Origin: a virus
Lineage: Duplodnaviria > Caudoviricetes
Virus record (IMG/VR): IMGVR_UViG_3300030606_000028
Span: 1-36,270 of that record
Direction: 5' to 3' (one strand)
DNA length: 36,270 nt
A program made the position numbers and the translations under genes. Below the pieces are notes generated by a model. The model had not been told where the DNA came from, made no database searches, and saw only the letters and a list, made by a program, of their open reading frames with translations. This document shows positions 24,513-33,978 of the stretch, one piece after another. Positions within the stretch are counted from its first letter, which is position 1, and each line of letters begins with the position of its first letter.

Positions 24513-25188
24513 TTTGACTTTGACCACCCTGCGGGCGCGGGTCCAGGGTGAGTTGGCCGATACCGGGGCCAACATCTGGAGCACGGATGACTTAGATATT
24601 GCCATCCGGCGCGCCTTGATTGAATACTCGCGCCAGGCCCGGGCGTTCCAGGCCATTACCACGGTCGAGTTTGGCAGCGCTACCCGGGAGCTGGATATTT
24701 CAGCGGTGACCGGCTTGATCGACATCGAGCGGGTGTGGCTGCCCTATACGGCGGCCGACCCGGAGGAGCCTCCGAACTGGCGGCTGTTTGAGTATTGGGA
24801 GGATTCCCAATTGCTCTACTTCCCGGACGGGGACCGGCCGGCCGATGGGGACATCGCCCGGTTATTTTATACGAAGATGCAGACCTTGAATGGTCTCGAT
24901 TCGGCTGCCAGCACCACTTTCTCGGTTGAGCATGAAGATTTGCTTATAGTCGGGGCGGCCGGCCACGCCGCGGTACAGCGGGGGATGGACGCGGCCGAAG
25001 AGGTGACCCTGGATCGCAATACCAGCGCGGTGGTGCAAGCCTGGGGGCAAGGGCGTCTGAGTGAGTTCCGGTATGGGATGTTTTTTATCAAGCGGTCTCG
25101 CGGGTTGGAGGGGCAAAGTCATATCGAGTTACCGGCGCTAGATCGGTGGGATGCACGGCTGGGGTATAGCCGGTCGCGCTGGAGTTGA
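24499..25188 (+). CDS. Head-tail adaptor protein
   Basis: TLRARVQGELAD...WSTDDLDIAI...EDLLIVGAA pattern and position. Confidence 0.7.
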   Translation: MTASSLTLTTLRARVQGELADTGANIWSTDDLDIAIRRALIEYSRQARAFQAITTVEFGSATRELDISAVTGLIDIERVWLPYTAADPEEPPNWRLFEYWEDSQLLYFPDGDRPADGDIARLFYTKMQTLNGLDSAASTTFSVEHEDLLIVGAAGHAAVQRGMDAAEEVTLDRNTSAVVQAWGQGRLSEFRYGMFFIKRSRGLEGQSHIELPALDRWDARLGYSRSRWS

Positions 25189-25234
25189 CCCCCCCCTAAC
25201 CCCCCCCGTACACGTGGGGGGAAGGTATGTAATT

Positions 25235-25627
25235 ATGAATATTGAAAAATTAAGAAATGAAATCGAAACCGATCCGCTGGAGCGGGGCTATGCCGGCAAG
25301 ACTGACCAGCAGGCGGCCGATGATCTGAATACTGCTTACCGGACCCGGATCAAAGCGACGATGCTGGCCACGGAAGTGATGAACGCGATCGATAAGGCTG
25401 AGTTTGATTTGTTGCTGCCGACGGCTCAGCAGCGGGTCTGGGATATCTTGCATATGGGGGTGATCAACCCGAACGGGGTTGAGAAAGATATGTTTGTCTC
25501 GGTTTTTGGGGCGCAGTCTGACACGATTGGCAACCTGGCGGCGGCTCGGACCGAGTCGATCAGCCGGGCTACGGAGTTGGGGCTGTCGAAGGTCAAGCCC
25601 GGCCACGTGGCAATGGCGAGGGCTTGA
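25235..25627 (+). CDS. Hypothetical virion-region protein
   Basis: ATG at 25235; SISRATELGL. Confidence 0.65.
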   Translation: MNIEKLRNEIETDPLERGYAGKTDQQAADDLNTAYRTRIKATMLATEVMNAIDKAEFDLLLPTAQQRVWDILHMGVINPNGVEKDMFVSVFGAQSDTIGNLAAARTESISRATELGLSKVKPGHVAMARA

Positions 25628-26208
25628 TGGCAAACAAGGCCTTGCTTCAAGAGATCGACGGCGCGCCTCCCCAGATCACGTTTGCAGACCATGCAATTGA
25701 TTACAACCCGACCGCGGCCAATGATCTGCGCCATGCCTCGGCGGTGGATACCGAGGTGCAGCTCGATCTGACCGGTCTGGCTGACGGCGCGGCTAGGCAG
25801 AGCGCCAAGGTGGACCTGGGGGAACACCGGGCGGCTTTGTATGCGGTGCGTGGGGCTTTTGAGATGGCGGCGACCCCGACCGCCGGGGAACTGATCGAAC
25901 TTTATTGGGCCCCGTCTCAGAGTGCCACGGCGGGGACCGGCAACCCGGGGGGGGTATCCGGCTCGGACGCGGCGTATGCTGGCTATTCGAGTAACTTGGC
26001 TGAGAGCGTGTTGCAGCTTATCTATATCGGCTCGTTTGTGTGTACCGTCCAGGTTGCGACCACGGTCCAGATCGGGGAGGTGGGGGTGTTCAGCCCGACC
26101 GAACGGTATGGATCGTTGATTGTGAAAAACGAGAGCGGCGCGGCTTTCCATTCGGACGCGGTTGAGTCGCATGTTGTGTTCGATCCGATTGTGGATGAGT
26201 TGCAGTGA
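25627..26208 (+). CDS. Hypothetical virion protein
   Basis: TGATG coupling; beta-rich sequence. Confidence 0.65.
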   Translation: MANKALLQEIDGAPPQITFADHAIDYNPTAANDLRHASAVDTEVQLDLTGLADGAARQSAKVDLGEHRAALYAVRGAFEMAATPTAGELIELYWAPSQSATAGTGNPGGVSGSDAAYAGYSSNLAESVLQLIYIGSFVCTVQVATTVQIGEVGVFSPTERYGSLIVKNESGAAFHSDAVESHVVFDPIVDELQ

Positions 26209-27056
26209 TCGCCCGGTTTAGCCAGCGCGGTGGTTGGCTGGGGCCTGGTCCCCCACCGGGCCTGCGGTTTGATCTCAATCGGAGGAGTCCCCAGGCGCGG
26301 GGGTTGCTGGCCTGGTGGTCGGCGCTGCCGGTCCGAGCCGGGGCGACGTTGTATGATTTGGGAGATTACCGGCTAGATGGTTCGTTTCCGGGCGGTGGGG
26401 CCGATCCGGTGTGGGTGGCCGATGGGCAGCGCGGCGCGGCGTTGCTGTTTGATGGCAGTGATGACAATATCAATGTGGGGGATCCGGCCCGGCTCGACTT
26501 TGGAGCCAACCAGGATTTTACGGTGACCGCCTGGCTCAAATCCAGCGACTTGAGTCATACCAATACGATTCTGCGGAAAGCGGGCAACGTTGATTTTGAT
26601 GGTTACTTTCTGCAATCGTTGGGAACTACCCCGAGTTTTGCGATTGTTCAGGCGCCTGCCCCTCCGGGGACGGTGACCGTCAATTCCGATGTTGTCATCA
26701 CGACCGGGACCTGGAATTTTTTGGCCGGGCAACGGAAAGGGTCGGACATCCATATTTTTGTGAATGGAGTCTTGACGGGTACGGCGGCGGCTTTTACCGA
26801 CTCGGTGGCCACAACGGCCTCGCTTTATATTGGCCGCTATATTGGCAACACGACCTCAACAACTGAAGGGCTGCTTGACGATGTGCGCATCTACGATTAT
26901 GCCCTGCCGGCCGGGCTGATTTGGGATATGTGGCAACCGGCCACTCGCTGGGAGCTATACCGGTCCCTGGCGCGCAACCTGGTGGTCTCGACTTATCTGA
27001 GTTATCGCTCGCGACTGGTGCGGAGTGATCGACCGGTGCGTGAGTTGAGAATTTGA
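26205..27056 (+). CDS. LamG / concanavalin A-like domain protein
   Basis: ALLFDGSDD, FTVTAW, IFVNG, LYIG and LDDVRIYDYAL. Confidence 0.85.
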   Translation: MIARFSQRGGWLGPGPPPGLRFDLNRRSPQARGLLAWWSALPVRAGATLYDLGDYRLDGSFPGGGADPVWVADGQRGAALLFDGSDDNINVGDPARLDFGANQDFTVTAWLKSSDLSHTNTILRKAGNVDFDGYFLQSLGTTPSFAIVQAPAPPGTVTVNSDVVITTGTWNFLAGQRKGSDIHIFVNGVLTGTAAAFTDSVATTASLYIGRYIGNTTSTTEGLLDDVRIYDYALPAGLIWDMWQPATRWELYRSLARNLVVSTYLSYRSRLVRSDRPVRELRI

Positions 27057-27072
27057 AAAAGGAACAAAAAAA

Positions 27073-27522
27073 ATGGCAGCATTTCAGGGAGTAATACAGT
27101 CGGCTGAGGTGGCGTTGACCGCGGCCACGGCTAAAACAGTGATTCAACTGGTGGCGGCGGCTAACCAGCGGGTCAAGATCTTGGGTTGGGGCGTTTTCTT
27201 CGATGGGACTTCTACCACGGCCGAGCCGGTGCAGGTGACCCTGGCCCGGCAGTCGACCGCCGGTACGACGTCGGCCCTGACGCCGGTCAAAGTGGACGAC
27301 TCGTTAGCCGAGACGCTTTTGACGACGGCCCGCCACACGGCCACGGCTGAGCCGACCACCGGCGACGTGGTGGATGTGATCGAGGTCCACCCGCAACAGG
27401 GGTACGAGAAGTTATATCCCCTGGGTCAGGAAATTATTGTGGGTGGGGGTGACCGCCTGGGGATCATCTGCACGGCCCCGGCCGCGGTCAACGTGCGGGC
27501 CAAGATGTTCTTCGAGGAGTAA
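27073..27522 (+). CDS. Hypothetical virion protein
   Basis: 149 aa; AAAGGA SD. Confidence 0.7.
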   Translation: MAAFQGVIQSAEVALTAATAKTVIQLVAAANQRVKILGWGVFFDGTSTTAEPVQVTLARQSTAGTTSALTPVKVDDSLAETLLTTARHTATAEPTTGDVVDVIEVHPQQGYEKLYPLGQEIIVGGGDRLGIICTAPAAVNVRAKMFFEE

Positions 27523-27525
27523 TTT

Positions 27526-29019
27526 ATGTTCGGCTTTCCGGCCGGCCGGCGGGGTATCTGGCTACGCGGGCCGGCGGTTGAATCGGATCCGCCGGGCAAC
27601 CGGGCGATTTTGTGCGTCTGGCTGCCAATTCACCAGCAACGCCCGCAGCCACGTGGAGCTATCTGGCTACGCGGGCCGGCGGTCGAATCGGATCCGCCGG
27701 GCAACCGGGCGATTTTGCGCGTCCGGCTGCCAATCCACCAGCAACGCCCGCATCCGCGCGGGCGTATTTATTTTTCGCCCCCGGTGCTGTTTGCGGCGGC
27801 AGATGAGCTGCTGCAGGAGCAGAAAGTTGTCTCGCTTACCCCTGTTTTTCTGCTCACGATCGGGGCGCACACCGGCCTCGAAACTTTTCTTATTGCTTAC
27901 CAGTACGAAGAGACGGCCGAGGCGCCCGGCGGTCTCTCGCTCTGGTTGGATAACCGGGAGGGGGAATTTGACGATCTGGCGACGGATTACCCCGACCTGG
28001 CCAGGGGGACAGAGATCCAGCTTGAGCGCGGCCTGGTCACAGCCGAGGGGAACACGCTGACGGCAAAGCTGCCGGCGACCTGGGTCGACTCGTTGCAGTA
28101 CACGGACCAGGGGCAGCTTGTCTTGACGTGCCTGGATTGGTGGGGCAAGTTGGAGAGGTATCGCTATGCGGTCGATACCGTCTTTATGGCCCAGACCCAT
28201 AGCGTGATCGCGGCCAGCATTCTGGGTGAGATCGGGCTGACCTTGAGCGGGTCGTTTGGCTACGCGACCGATTTTATCGTGTCGCGCTATGAATCGGGCC
28301 TGTTCGCCATGCGCCGGCTGATGGGCCAGGCGCACGAGGTGCTGTATGCCGGGTTGAGCGGGCAAATTCTCAGTAAGCAGCTCGGGGTTGAGACGGCTTA
28401 CGTCTATGACTTCGAGAATGGCGAGAGCGGCGATCACCCCTTGCTCGGCGGGACCGAGATTATGGAGACGAGCGCGCCGATCAATACGGTGGTGATCACC
28501 GGCGGGCTGGCTGAGGAGTTTAGCTATACCGCCGCTGACGCGGCCGAGGCGGCCCTGGTGGGAACTCGACGCTGGGTGGTCTACATTCCGAGTTTGACCA
28601 GCGATGCCGAGTGTCAGGAGGTGGCTGAGGGATATCTTAATAGCTTTTTGGCCTTCAACGTGTCGGGCACGATTGTGGCCCGGCCGCATTACACCCTGCG
28701 CCTGTACGACTCGCTCAGCGTGGCTGCGCCGCCCTGGGGCGGGCCGGCCACGTCGGGCCGGGTGCGTAGATATTTCGAGCGGTGGAATAGTTTCACCCGG
28801 AGGTATGAGCAAGAGATTGTGATTGGGAGTGTGCCGCTCATGGCCCTGGCGCACCGGGCTAGAGTCGGAGAAATGACCGGCATGAAACGAAATAAAATTC
28901 GGCGGGGAGCGGGGACGCATCGGAACACGGTTCGGCGTGGGCCGGGAGTGCATACCAACACGGTCCGGCGGGGGCCGGGCCAGAAGACTTCCAAACCGAG
29001 ACGGGGATCCCGGCGATGA
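27526..29019 (+). CDS. Tail/baseplate hub-like protein with duplicated N-terminus and Arg-rich C-terminus
   Basis: Position before the fibre; LTCLDWWGKL, NTVVITG and PHYTLRLYD. Confidence 0.6.
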   Translation: MFGFPAGRRGIWLRGPAVESDPPGNRAILCVWLPIHQQRPQPRGAIWLRGPAVESDPPGNRAILRVRLPIHQQRPHPRGRIYFSPPVLFAAADELLQEQKVVSLTPVFLLTIGAHTGLETFLIAYQYEETAEAPGGLSLWLDNREGEFDDLATDYPDLARGTEIQLERGLVTAEGNTLTAKLPATWVDSLQYTDQGQLVLTCLDWWGKLERYRYAVDTVFMAQTHSVIAASILGEIGLTLSGSFGYATDFIVSRYESGLFAMRRLMGQAHEVLYAGLSGQILSKQLGVETAYVYDFENGESGDHPLLGGTEIMETSAPINTVVITGGLAEEFSYTAADAAEAALVGTRRWVVYIPSLTSDAECQEVAEGYLNSFLAFNVSGTIVARPHYTLRLYDSLSVAAPPWGGPATSGRVRRYFERWNSFTRRYEQEIVIGSVPLMALAHRARVGEMTGMKRNKIRRGAGTHRNTVRRGPGVHTNTVRRGPGQKTSKPRRGSRR

Positions 29020-30038
29020 CGAATGTACTTCAGCAGAAGGGGTTTATCATCGACCAGATCGTCTCGGAGATGTTGGGCCCGCCGAGCCTGATCCAGATTT
29101 TTGATCTGCTGATTCGGGTCAGTCCCTATGGGGTGCCGATTGGGGGGATTATTGGCTGGTCGGGGGCGAGTGTGCCGGCCGGCTGGGCGCTGTGCAATGG
29201 GGGCAGCGGCACGCCGGACCTGCAGGGGAAGTTTATTATTGGGGCCGGCGGGGCCTACGCGATTGGGGATAGCGGCGGCTCTGAGACGGTGGAAATTAGC
29301 CACACTCACGCCGCCGGGACGCTGGCCACGTCGAGCGAGGGGCACAGCCACACGGTGGGGACATTGGCCACGTCGAGCGAGGGGCACAGCCACGCGGTTG
29401 GCACCCTGGCCACGAGTTCGGAGGGGCACACCCATGGCGACGGCACCCTGGCGGCCGACAGCGATGGGCACAGCCATGGCGGCGGCACCCTGGCCACGGC
29501 CAGCGACGGCCACAGCCATGGCGGCGGCACCCTGGCCACCGATAGCGACGCGCACAGCCACACCTCGGGCACGCTCAGCACGGCCAGCGACTCGCATACT
29601 CACACGCTCAATGCCTACACGGGGACGGATGGAACCGGGGTTTTTAACGTCTACAACACCCCGAGCAACTCCGATGCTCACAGCCACGATGTCAACACCG
29701 GCTCGACCGGTTCTGATAGCCACAGCCACAGCGTCAACTCCGGCTCGACGGCCAGCGATTCGCACTCGCATAGCGTGAGCAGCGGCTCCACGGCCAGCGA
29801 TTCGCACTCGCACACGGTCAGCGGGAGCACGGCCAGCGATTCGCACTCGCACACGGTCAGCGGGAGCACGGCCAGCAGTTCGCACTCGCATACGATGAGC
29901 GGCTCCACGGCCAGCAGTTCGCACTCGCACACAGTGAGCGGCTCCACGGCGGCCGCCACCTGGGGCGCGGGGGGAACGGGCACGTTTACGATTTTGCCGC
30001 CGTACTACGCGCTGGCGTTTATTATGCGGGTGGTGTAG
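29016..30038 (+). CDS. Tail fibre with collar domain and 15 HxH repeats
   Basis: PIGGIIGWSG...GWALCNG...TPDLQGKFIIGAG; C-terminal ILPPYYALAFIMRV. Confidence 0.85.
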   Translation: MTNVLQQKGFIIDQIVSEMLGPPSLIQIFDLLIRVSPYGVPIGGIIGWSGASVPAGWALCNGGSGTPDLQGKFIIGAGGAYAIGDSGGSETVEISHTHAAGTLATSSEGHSHTVGTLATSSEGHSHAVGTLATSSEGHTHGDGTLAADSDGHSHGGGTLATASDGHSHGGGTLATDSDAHSHTSGTLSTASDSHTHTLNAYTGTDGTGVFNVYNTPSNSDAHSHDVNTGSTGSDSHSHSVNSGSTASDSHSHSVSSGSTASDSHSHTVSGSTASDSHSHTVSGSTASSSHSHTMSGSTASSSHSHTVSGSTAAATWGAGGTGTFTILPPYYALAFIMRVV

Positions 30039-30097
30039 AATAGAATTAAGAATTAAGAATTAAGAATTAAAAATTAAGAATTTGGAAAGGGAATCTG

Positions 30098-30502
30098 ATG
30101 GATTTTATGATTTTGCAGAATGTAGAGATTTGGGGGCAGGCTCGGCTTTTCTCGATTGAGACCTGGCCCGGTACTATCAGGGTGGAGCGGGAGCTTCTGG
30201 CCGACCAGGTGGTTGATCTATTTCACGCCAAGGCGGTTGCGGCCGGGCTGCCGGTGCGGTGGCGGCCCAATGTGCCGGGCCTGGAGACGGCCGGAGAGCT
30301 TGAGGGTGGGCTAGAGGATCATTATCCGGCCTTGCTCAAGCTTTTGGGTGAAGCTTATACCGAGGTAAGGCAGGACCTCGAAACGGGTGAGGATGTAGGC
30401 GCCTCGGTGGCGGCCTCGAAGCGGCGGGTGGGGGCGGTGTATGCGGAGTTGCGGAAGGCCCTCCCCCTACCCCCCCCCGCTCGCAGGGGGGGAGGCGCTT
30501 AG
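30098..30502 (+). CDS. Hypothetical protein
   Basis: 134 aa; AAAGGG SD. Confidence 0.6.
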   Translation: MDFMILQNVEIWGQARLFSIETWPGTIRVERELLADQVVDLFHAKAVAAGLPVRWRPNVPGLETAGELEGGLEDHYPALLKLLGEAYTEVRQDLETGEDVGASVAASKRRVGAVYAELRKALPLPPPARRGGGA

Positions 30503-30503
30503 C

Positions 30504-30875
30504 GTGGCTATCGAGCACAAGGTCCTCAAACAGATCTATGATTCGGCCCCGCTGCTGGGGGGCCGGAAGTGGGCGCTGCATGGCACGAGTAGCGCCCGGT
30601 CGCCGGGCTGTTTGTGGTGGTCGACCTACCCTGGGGATGCTATGGCGCTGGACCAGCAGGGCCTGCAGTGTCCGCTGCCGCGCTGTCCGCATTGCGGCGG
30701 GCCGCTGGAGCAGGTGCTCCTCGATGAGTTTTTGCAAGCGGCCGAAGCCAACCCGGCCAGCTATGGCCCGGCCGGATTGGATACGCTGGTGGCGGCCCAT
30801 CACCGGGTGGCGACGACCTGCCGCACCCGGTGGGAGCGGTATGGGCCGAAAATAAAAAAAGCCCCCCCTGGGTAG
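30504..30875 (+). CDS. Hypothetical CxxC protein
   Basis: GTG at 30504 after GGAGG; contains CPHCGG. Confidence 0.55.
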   Translation: MAIEHKVLKQIYDSAPLLGGRKWALHGTSSARSPGCLWWSTYPGDAMALDQQGLQCPLPRCPHCGGPLEQVLLDEFLQAAEANPASYGPAGLDTLVAAHHRVATTCRTRWERYGPKIKKAPPG

Positions 30876-30906
30876 GGGGGCTGGTGGCTCTGGGCCGCAT
30901 TAGGAA

Positions 30907-31200
30907 CTATTCAATAACAAAATAGGTTGTTGTGCTTGAGCCAATGGATGTTTGAGTCCAGGACGCCATCGTCCTAGAGAAAATCGTACCATCCCCGACC
31001 TTGCCAACTTTCCCCTTGGGAGCAAGGGGGCGCCTATCGAGGTCGAATTTCTTCGTTTCAATTATGTTTCTCTCAATTACCTCATAGTGACCGAGGGATG
31101 TAGTCCCCTCGATCAACTCCCCTTCTTCCCATTCCTCAACTGTCCAATCCGAGCGATACGCCCGGCCAAAGGTGTATTTGCCAACTATTTTTTCTACCAT
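30907..31200 (-). CDS. Hypothetical protein
   Basis: 97 aa; AGGAG SD. Confidence 0.65.
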   Translation of the reverse strand: MVEKIVGKYTFGRAYRSDWTVEEWEEGELIEGTTSLGHYEVIERNIIETKKFDLDRRPLAPKGKVGKVGDGTIFSRTMASWTQTSIGSSTTTYFVIE

Positions 31201-31420
31201 CTCTCAATACTCCTGCCCTGTCTCAGCCGGGCTGCGCTGTGGCGGCACTGGGGCCGCATAATTTACTCGAATAGGTAGCCTGCAAGACCACTGCCGGCAA
31301 CGGCCCCGAGCGCGCCGAGGGAGAGGGTGCGCTCGGGGGCTGCGGCGCTGGCTGTCGCGCGGGCCTGGGGGAAGTGGCTCCGCGCGCGGTCTGGCCTACA
31401 TGGCCGGTGGGGGCGGTATT

Positions 31421-31786
31421 TTATGCCACACTGCCTTGAATTGCCCGCCGGGCTGACTCCAGGGCCTTGTTGTAGGAGGTCTCATCCATTACGTTGGTGT
31501 AATATGCTCCCTGGTCGCCGCCTTTGTTGGGAGCATCCTCGATGAAAATTTCTCGGCATTCTCCAAATATTCCGAGCAGGGCAAAACCACCGTCTGGATC
31601 CTTGCGGTATGCGGCCAGCCCGAATTCATAGCCGAATTGGTTTGGTCCGCTGGTATCTTTTCGCTGGACCTTGCCGATGATCGAATCGCGCTCATCGGTT
31701 ACGTACTCGATGACCTTGGCTGGCACAAAAACCAGGCCTGCGGCCGCCGCTTCTTCCTGGGATTTATAAGTTGGACTTAAACTCAT
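31421..31786 (-). CDS. Hypothetical protein
   Basis: 121 aa; AAGGAG SD. Confidence 0.7.
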   Translation of the reverse strand: MSLSPTYKSQEEAAAAGLVFVPAKVIEYVTDERDSIIGKVQRKDTSGPNQFGYEFGLAAYRKDPDGGFALLGIFGECREIFIEDAPNKGGDQGAYYTNVMDETSYNKALESARRAIQGSVA

Positions 31787-31840
31787 CGTTTTCTCCTTAA
31801 ATATTCGTGGCCCGGCTCTACGGCGCCGGGCCTTGCCGTG

Positions 31841-32083
31841 TTAGGTGAGCCACTTTGGGGTGTATTCGTATCCCTCTCCGTCGATGAGGTCGAACCCCAG
31901 GGCGACGCTGATCATTTCATAAACTTCCTTTTGTTGGTCTCGGTCGGCTCCACCGAGTCGTTGCATGATGTTGTTGAGATATCCCTCCTCGATTTCGGGG
32001 TAACCCTGTTCTACTAATATTTTGTTGGCGCGAGTGGCTGCACTTTTGTTGATGTAAGCGGTCTTGCCTAAGATTTTTGGCAT
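31841..32083 (-). CDS. Hypothetical protein
   Basis: 80 aa; AGGAG SD. Confidence 0.7.
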   Translation of the reverse strand: MPKILGKTAYINKSAATRANKILVEQGYPEIEEGYLNNIMQRLGGADRDQQKEVYEMISVALGFDLIDGEGYEYTPKWLT

Positions 32084-32136
32084 TTCTAAAATTCTCCTAT
32101 GTGGCCCGGCTCTGCGGCGCCGGGCCTTGGGCCGTG

Positions 32137-32463
32137 TTAGATTGCTCCGAAGGCTCTTTTGAGCCCCATTAAGACCTGATCTGGCTCGTTATCCAGGTCT
32201 CCACCCATCCAGTCCTGCGCTACCCGGTCAACCTCGTCCGGGTCGTGGGTCTCTTTGTAGGCGACTATTGCCGTCTCCATCTCCTGATGAGCGGCGATGA
32301 CCTTTTGCCACCAGTCATAGTCTTCCTGAGTGGCAATGTACCGGCCCTCGTCGTCGGAGGCCATTCCGTGACTGGTGTTGCCTATAAAATCGCCGCTGAT
32401 GTCGATACCGCTCACGTCGTAACGGAGCTCTCGCTCCTGCCCGTTGACCATAAATTTCGTCAT
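32137..32463 (-). CDS. Hypothetical acidic protein
   Basis: 108 aa; AAGGAG SD. Confidence 0.7.
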   Translation of the reverse strand: MTKFMVNGQERELRYDVSGIDISGDFIGNTSHGMASDDEGRYIATQEDYDWWQKVIAAHQEMETAIVAYKETHDPDEVDRVAQDWMGGDLDNEPDQVLMGLKRAFGAI

Positions 32464-32579
32464 TGTTTTTTCTCCTTAAAGTTTGCGGTCCGGCTCTGCG
32501 GCGCCGGGCCTGGGGCCGATGTGGATGAAAAAATCAAATTAAAATTAAAAACCTCCTTTCTTTTCCTGGGAAAACTAGG

Positions 32580-33206
32580 CTAGGCTTCTGCCATTGTCTC
32601 CATACACTCGCCACAGATGAGACTTAGCTCAGGCTTGCCCCAGGCGTTGATGCTGCAAGCCGGGCAAGTGTATTTCACTTTGCTTTTGACGGGTGGCTTG
32701 CCTCCTTTCTTCGGCTCAAGGCTCTGCCAGTTGACCTTAAAACCGGTGCAGAGCAGGGTCAGCGCCGATTTTTCAAAGGGGGCGCCGGGCACAACATAGT
32801 CGCTCATGCTCTGGCCGGTGGTTTTTCCCCCGGGCTGGCCGGTGGAGCTTGGCATCAGCCCGAGGGAGATCATTTTATTGGCCCATTCCTGGTTGTGATA
32901 CGCGCCCCGGCCTGGCTCACCGAAATGCTCCTGCCAGACGTGAGCCATTTCGTGGACCAGAGTCTGGAGTATCTCCAGATCGGTCTGGCCCACAAAGCCG
33001 GCCGGGTTGAGGGCCAGCTCATCGGCCCGGTGATCGTCGCTGCCGCCGTTGCGAGCGGCGAAGCGGCCGGGGGAGAAAAAGCCGGCTGAGTTGGCCTTGC
33101 GCTGGAACGTGATCAGCACGGCCGGCAGTCTCCCCTCAAAAAGATCTGCATTAAACCAGTCATAGGCTTGCTCTAGGGCGTTGTACTCTTGGCTGGTGAT
33201 GGTCAT
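32580..33206 (-). CDS. SprT-like zinc metalloprotease domain protein
   Basis: TLVHEMAH, YHNQEW and C-terminal CPAC...CGEC. Confidence 0.88.
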   Translation of the reverse strand: MTITSQEYNALEQAYDWFNADLFEGRLPAVLITFQRKANSAGFFSPGRFAARNGGSDDHRADELALNPAGFVGQTDLEILQTLVHEMAHVWQEHFGEPGRGAYHNQEWANKMISLGLMPSSTGQPGGKTTGQSMSDYVVPGAPFEKSALTLLCTGFKVNWQSLEPKKGGKPPVKSKVKYTCPACSINAWGKPELSLICGECMETMAEA

Positions 33207-33225
33207 TATTGTATCGTACCATACA

Positions 33226-33912
33226 CTAAGCCGTCTGGAGGTCGGCCTGGCTGATGCCGAGTTGCTGCGTCAGGGCCAGGGCTTTGTCGCGCCATTCGGC
33301 CTGAGATTTGAGAATCTCGTTGACCACCTGGTGGTTGAATTTGCCCACCGTGAGCGAGACCTCCACGATTTTGTTCCACAGGTCGCGGTCATCGAGGCCG
33401 GCGGGTAAGGCGCCCTCTTCATCCTCCCACCAGCCTTCGGGGGGAGGAGCTGCGGCCTTCGGGGGGGAAGCGGCGGCCTGGCGGGGCTGAGCGGCGGCCT
33501 GGGCCGGGGCGGGCTGCGCCTGGCGCTGGCCTCCCCGCGGCGGCTGGACCACCAACGGCTCGGCCTGATCCGCATCCTTGAATGTGATTAGCCGGGCAAA
33601 TAGATTTTTGTCCCCGTCGCGGCCGATGCCGCGCGAGAACCAGATCGCGTCCCCGAATTTGCCCGACCCGGAGCGTCGGGTGAAGCTCAGTCCGTTCCAA
33701 TCGACGGTGGCGGGGCCGCCGCGGTCGCTCTGGCTGACCGTCGCGCCGATTTCGGACCAGTCGAAATCGGTGAAGTCGGCCAGCTGCCGGCGGTAGTTGG
33801 GCGCAGACCCGGCGGCCTGGATCTGGATGAGCGCGGCCAATTGATTGCTGATGGTGGTCAGGGCCGCGTTTTGGGCCTTGAGCAGGCCGATGGTTTCTTT
33901 ATCGTCGTTCAT
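33226..33912 (-). CDS. DdrB-like ssDNA-binding/annealing protein
   Basis: FDWSEIGA...GLSFTRR...AIWFSRG...LITFK parallels Deinococcus DdrB FDWSLIGA...AIKYSRG...LAIFR as I recall it. Confidence 0.6.
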   Translation of the reverse strand: MNDDKETIGLLKAQNAALTTISNQLAALIQIQAAGSAPNYRRQLADFTDFDWSEIGATVSQSDRGGPATVDWNGLSFTRRSGSGKFGDAIWFSRGIGRDGDKNLFARLITFKDADQAEPLVVQPPRGGQRQAQPAPAQAAAQPRQAAASPPKAAAPPPEGWWEDEEGALPAGLDDRDLWNKIVEVSLTVGKFNHQVVNEILKSQAEWRDKALALTQQLGISQADLQTA

Positions 33913-33978
33913 CGTTTGGTTTCTCCCTTCGCCCCCCTGGCCGGGTGTGGCCAGGGGGGAATAAAACTTGAATTAAAA

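Noticed and set aside
27556-27752. Diversity-generating retroelement TR/VR pair (also considered for the A-free region)
   Set aside because: No reverse transcriptase in the window; the copies are adjacent and N-terminal; the A-free region has no A-containing template copy.
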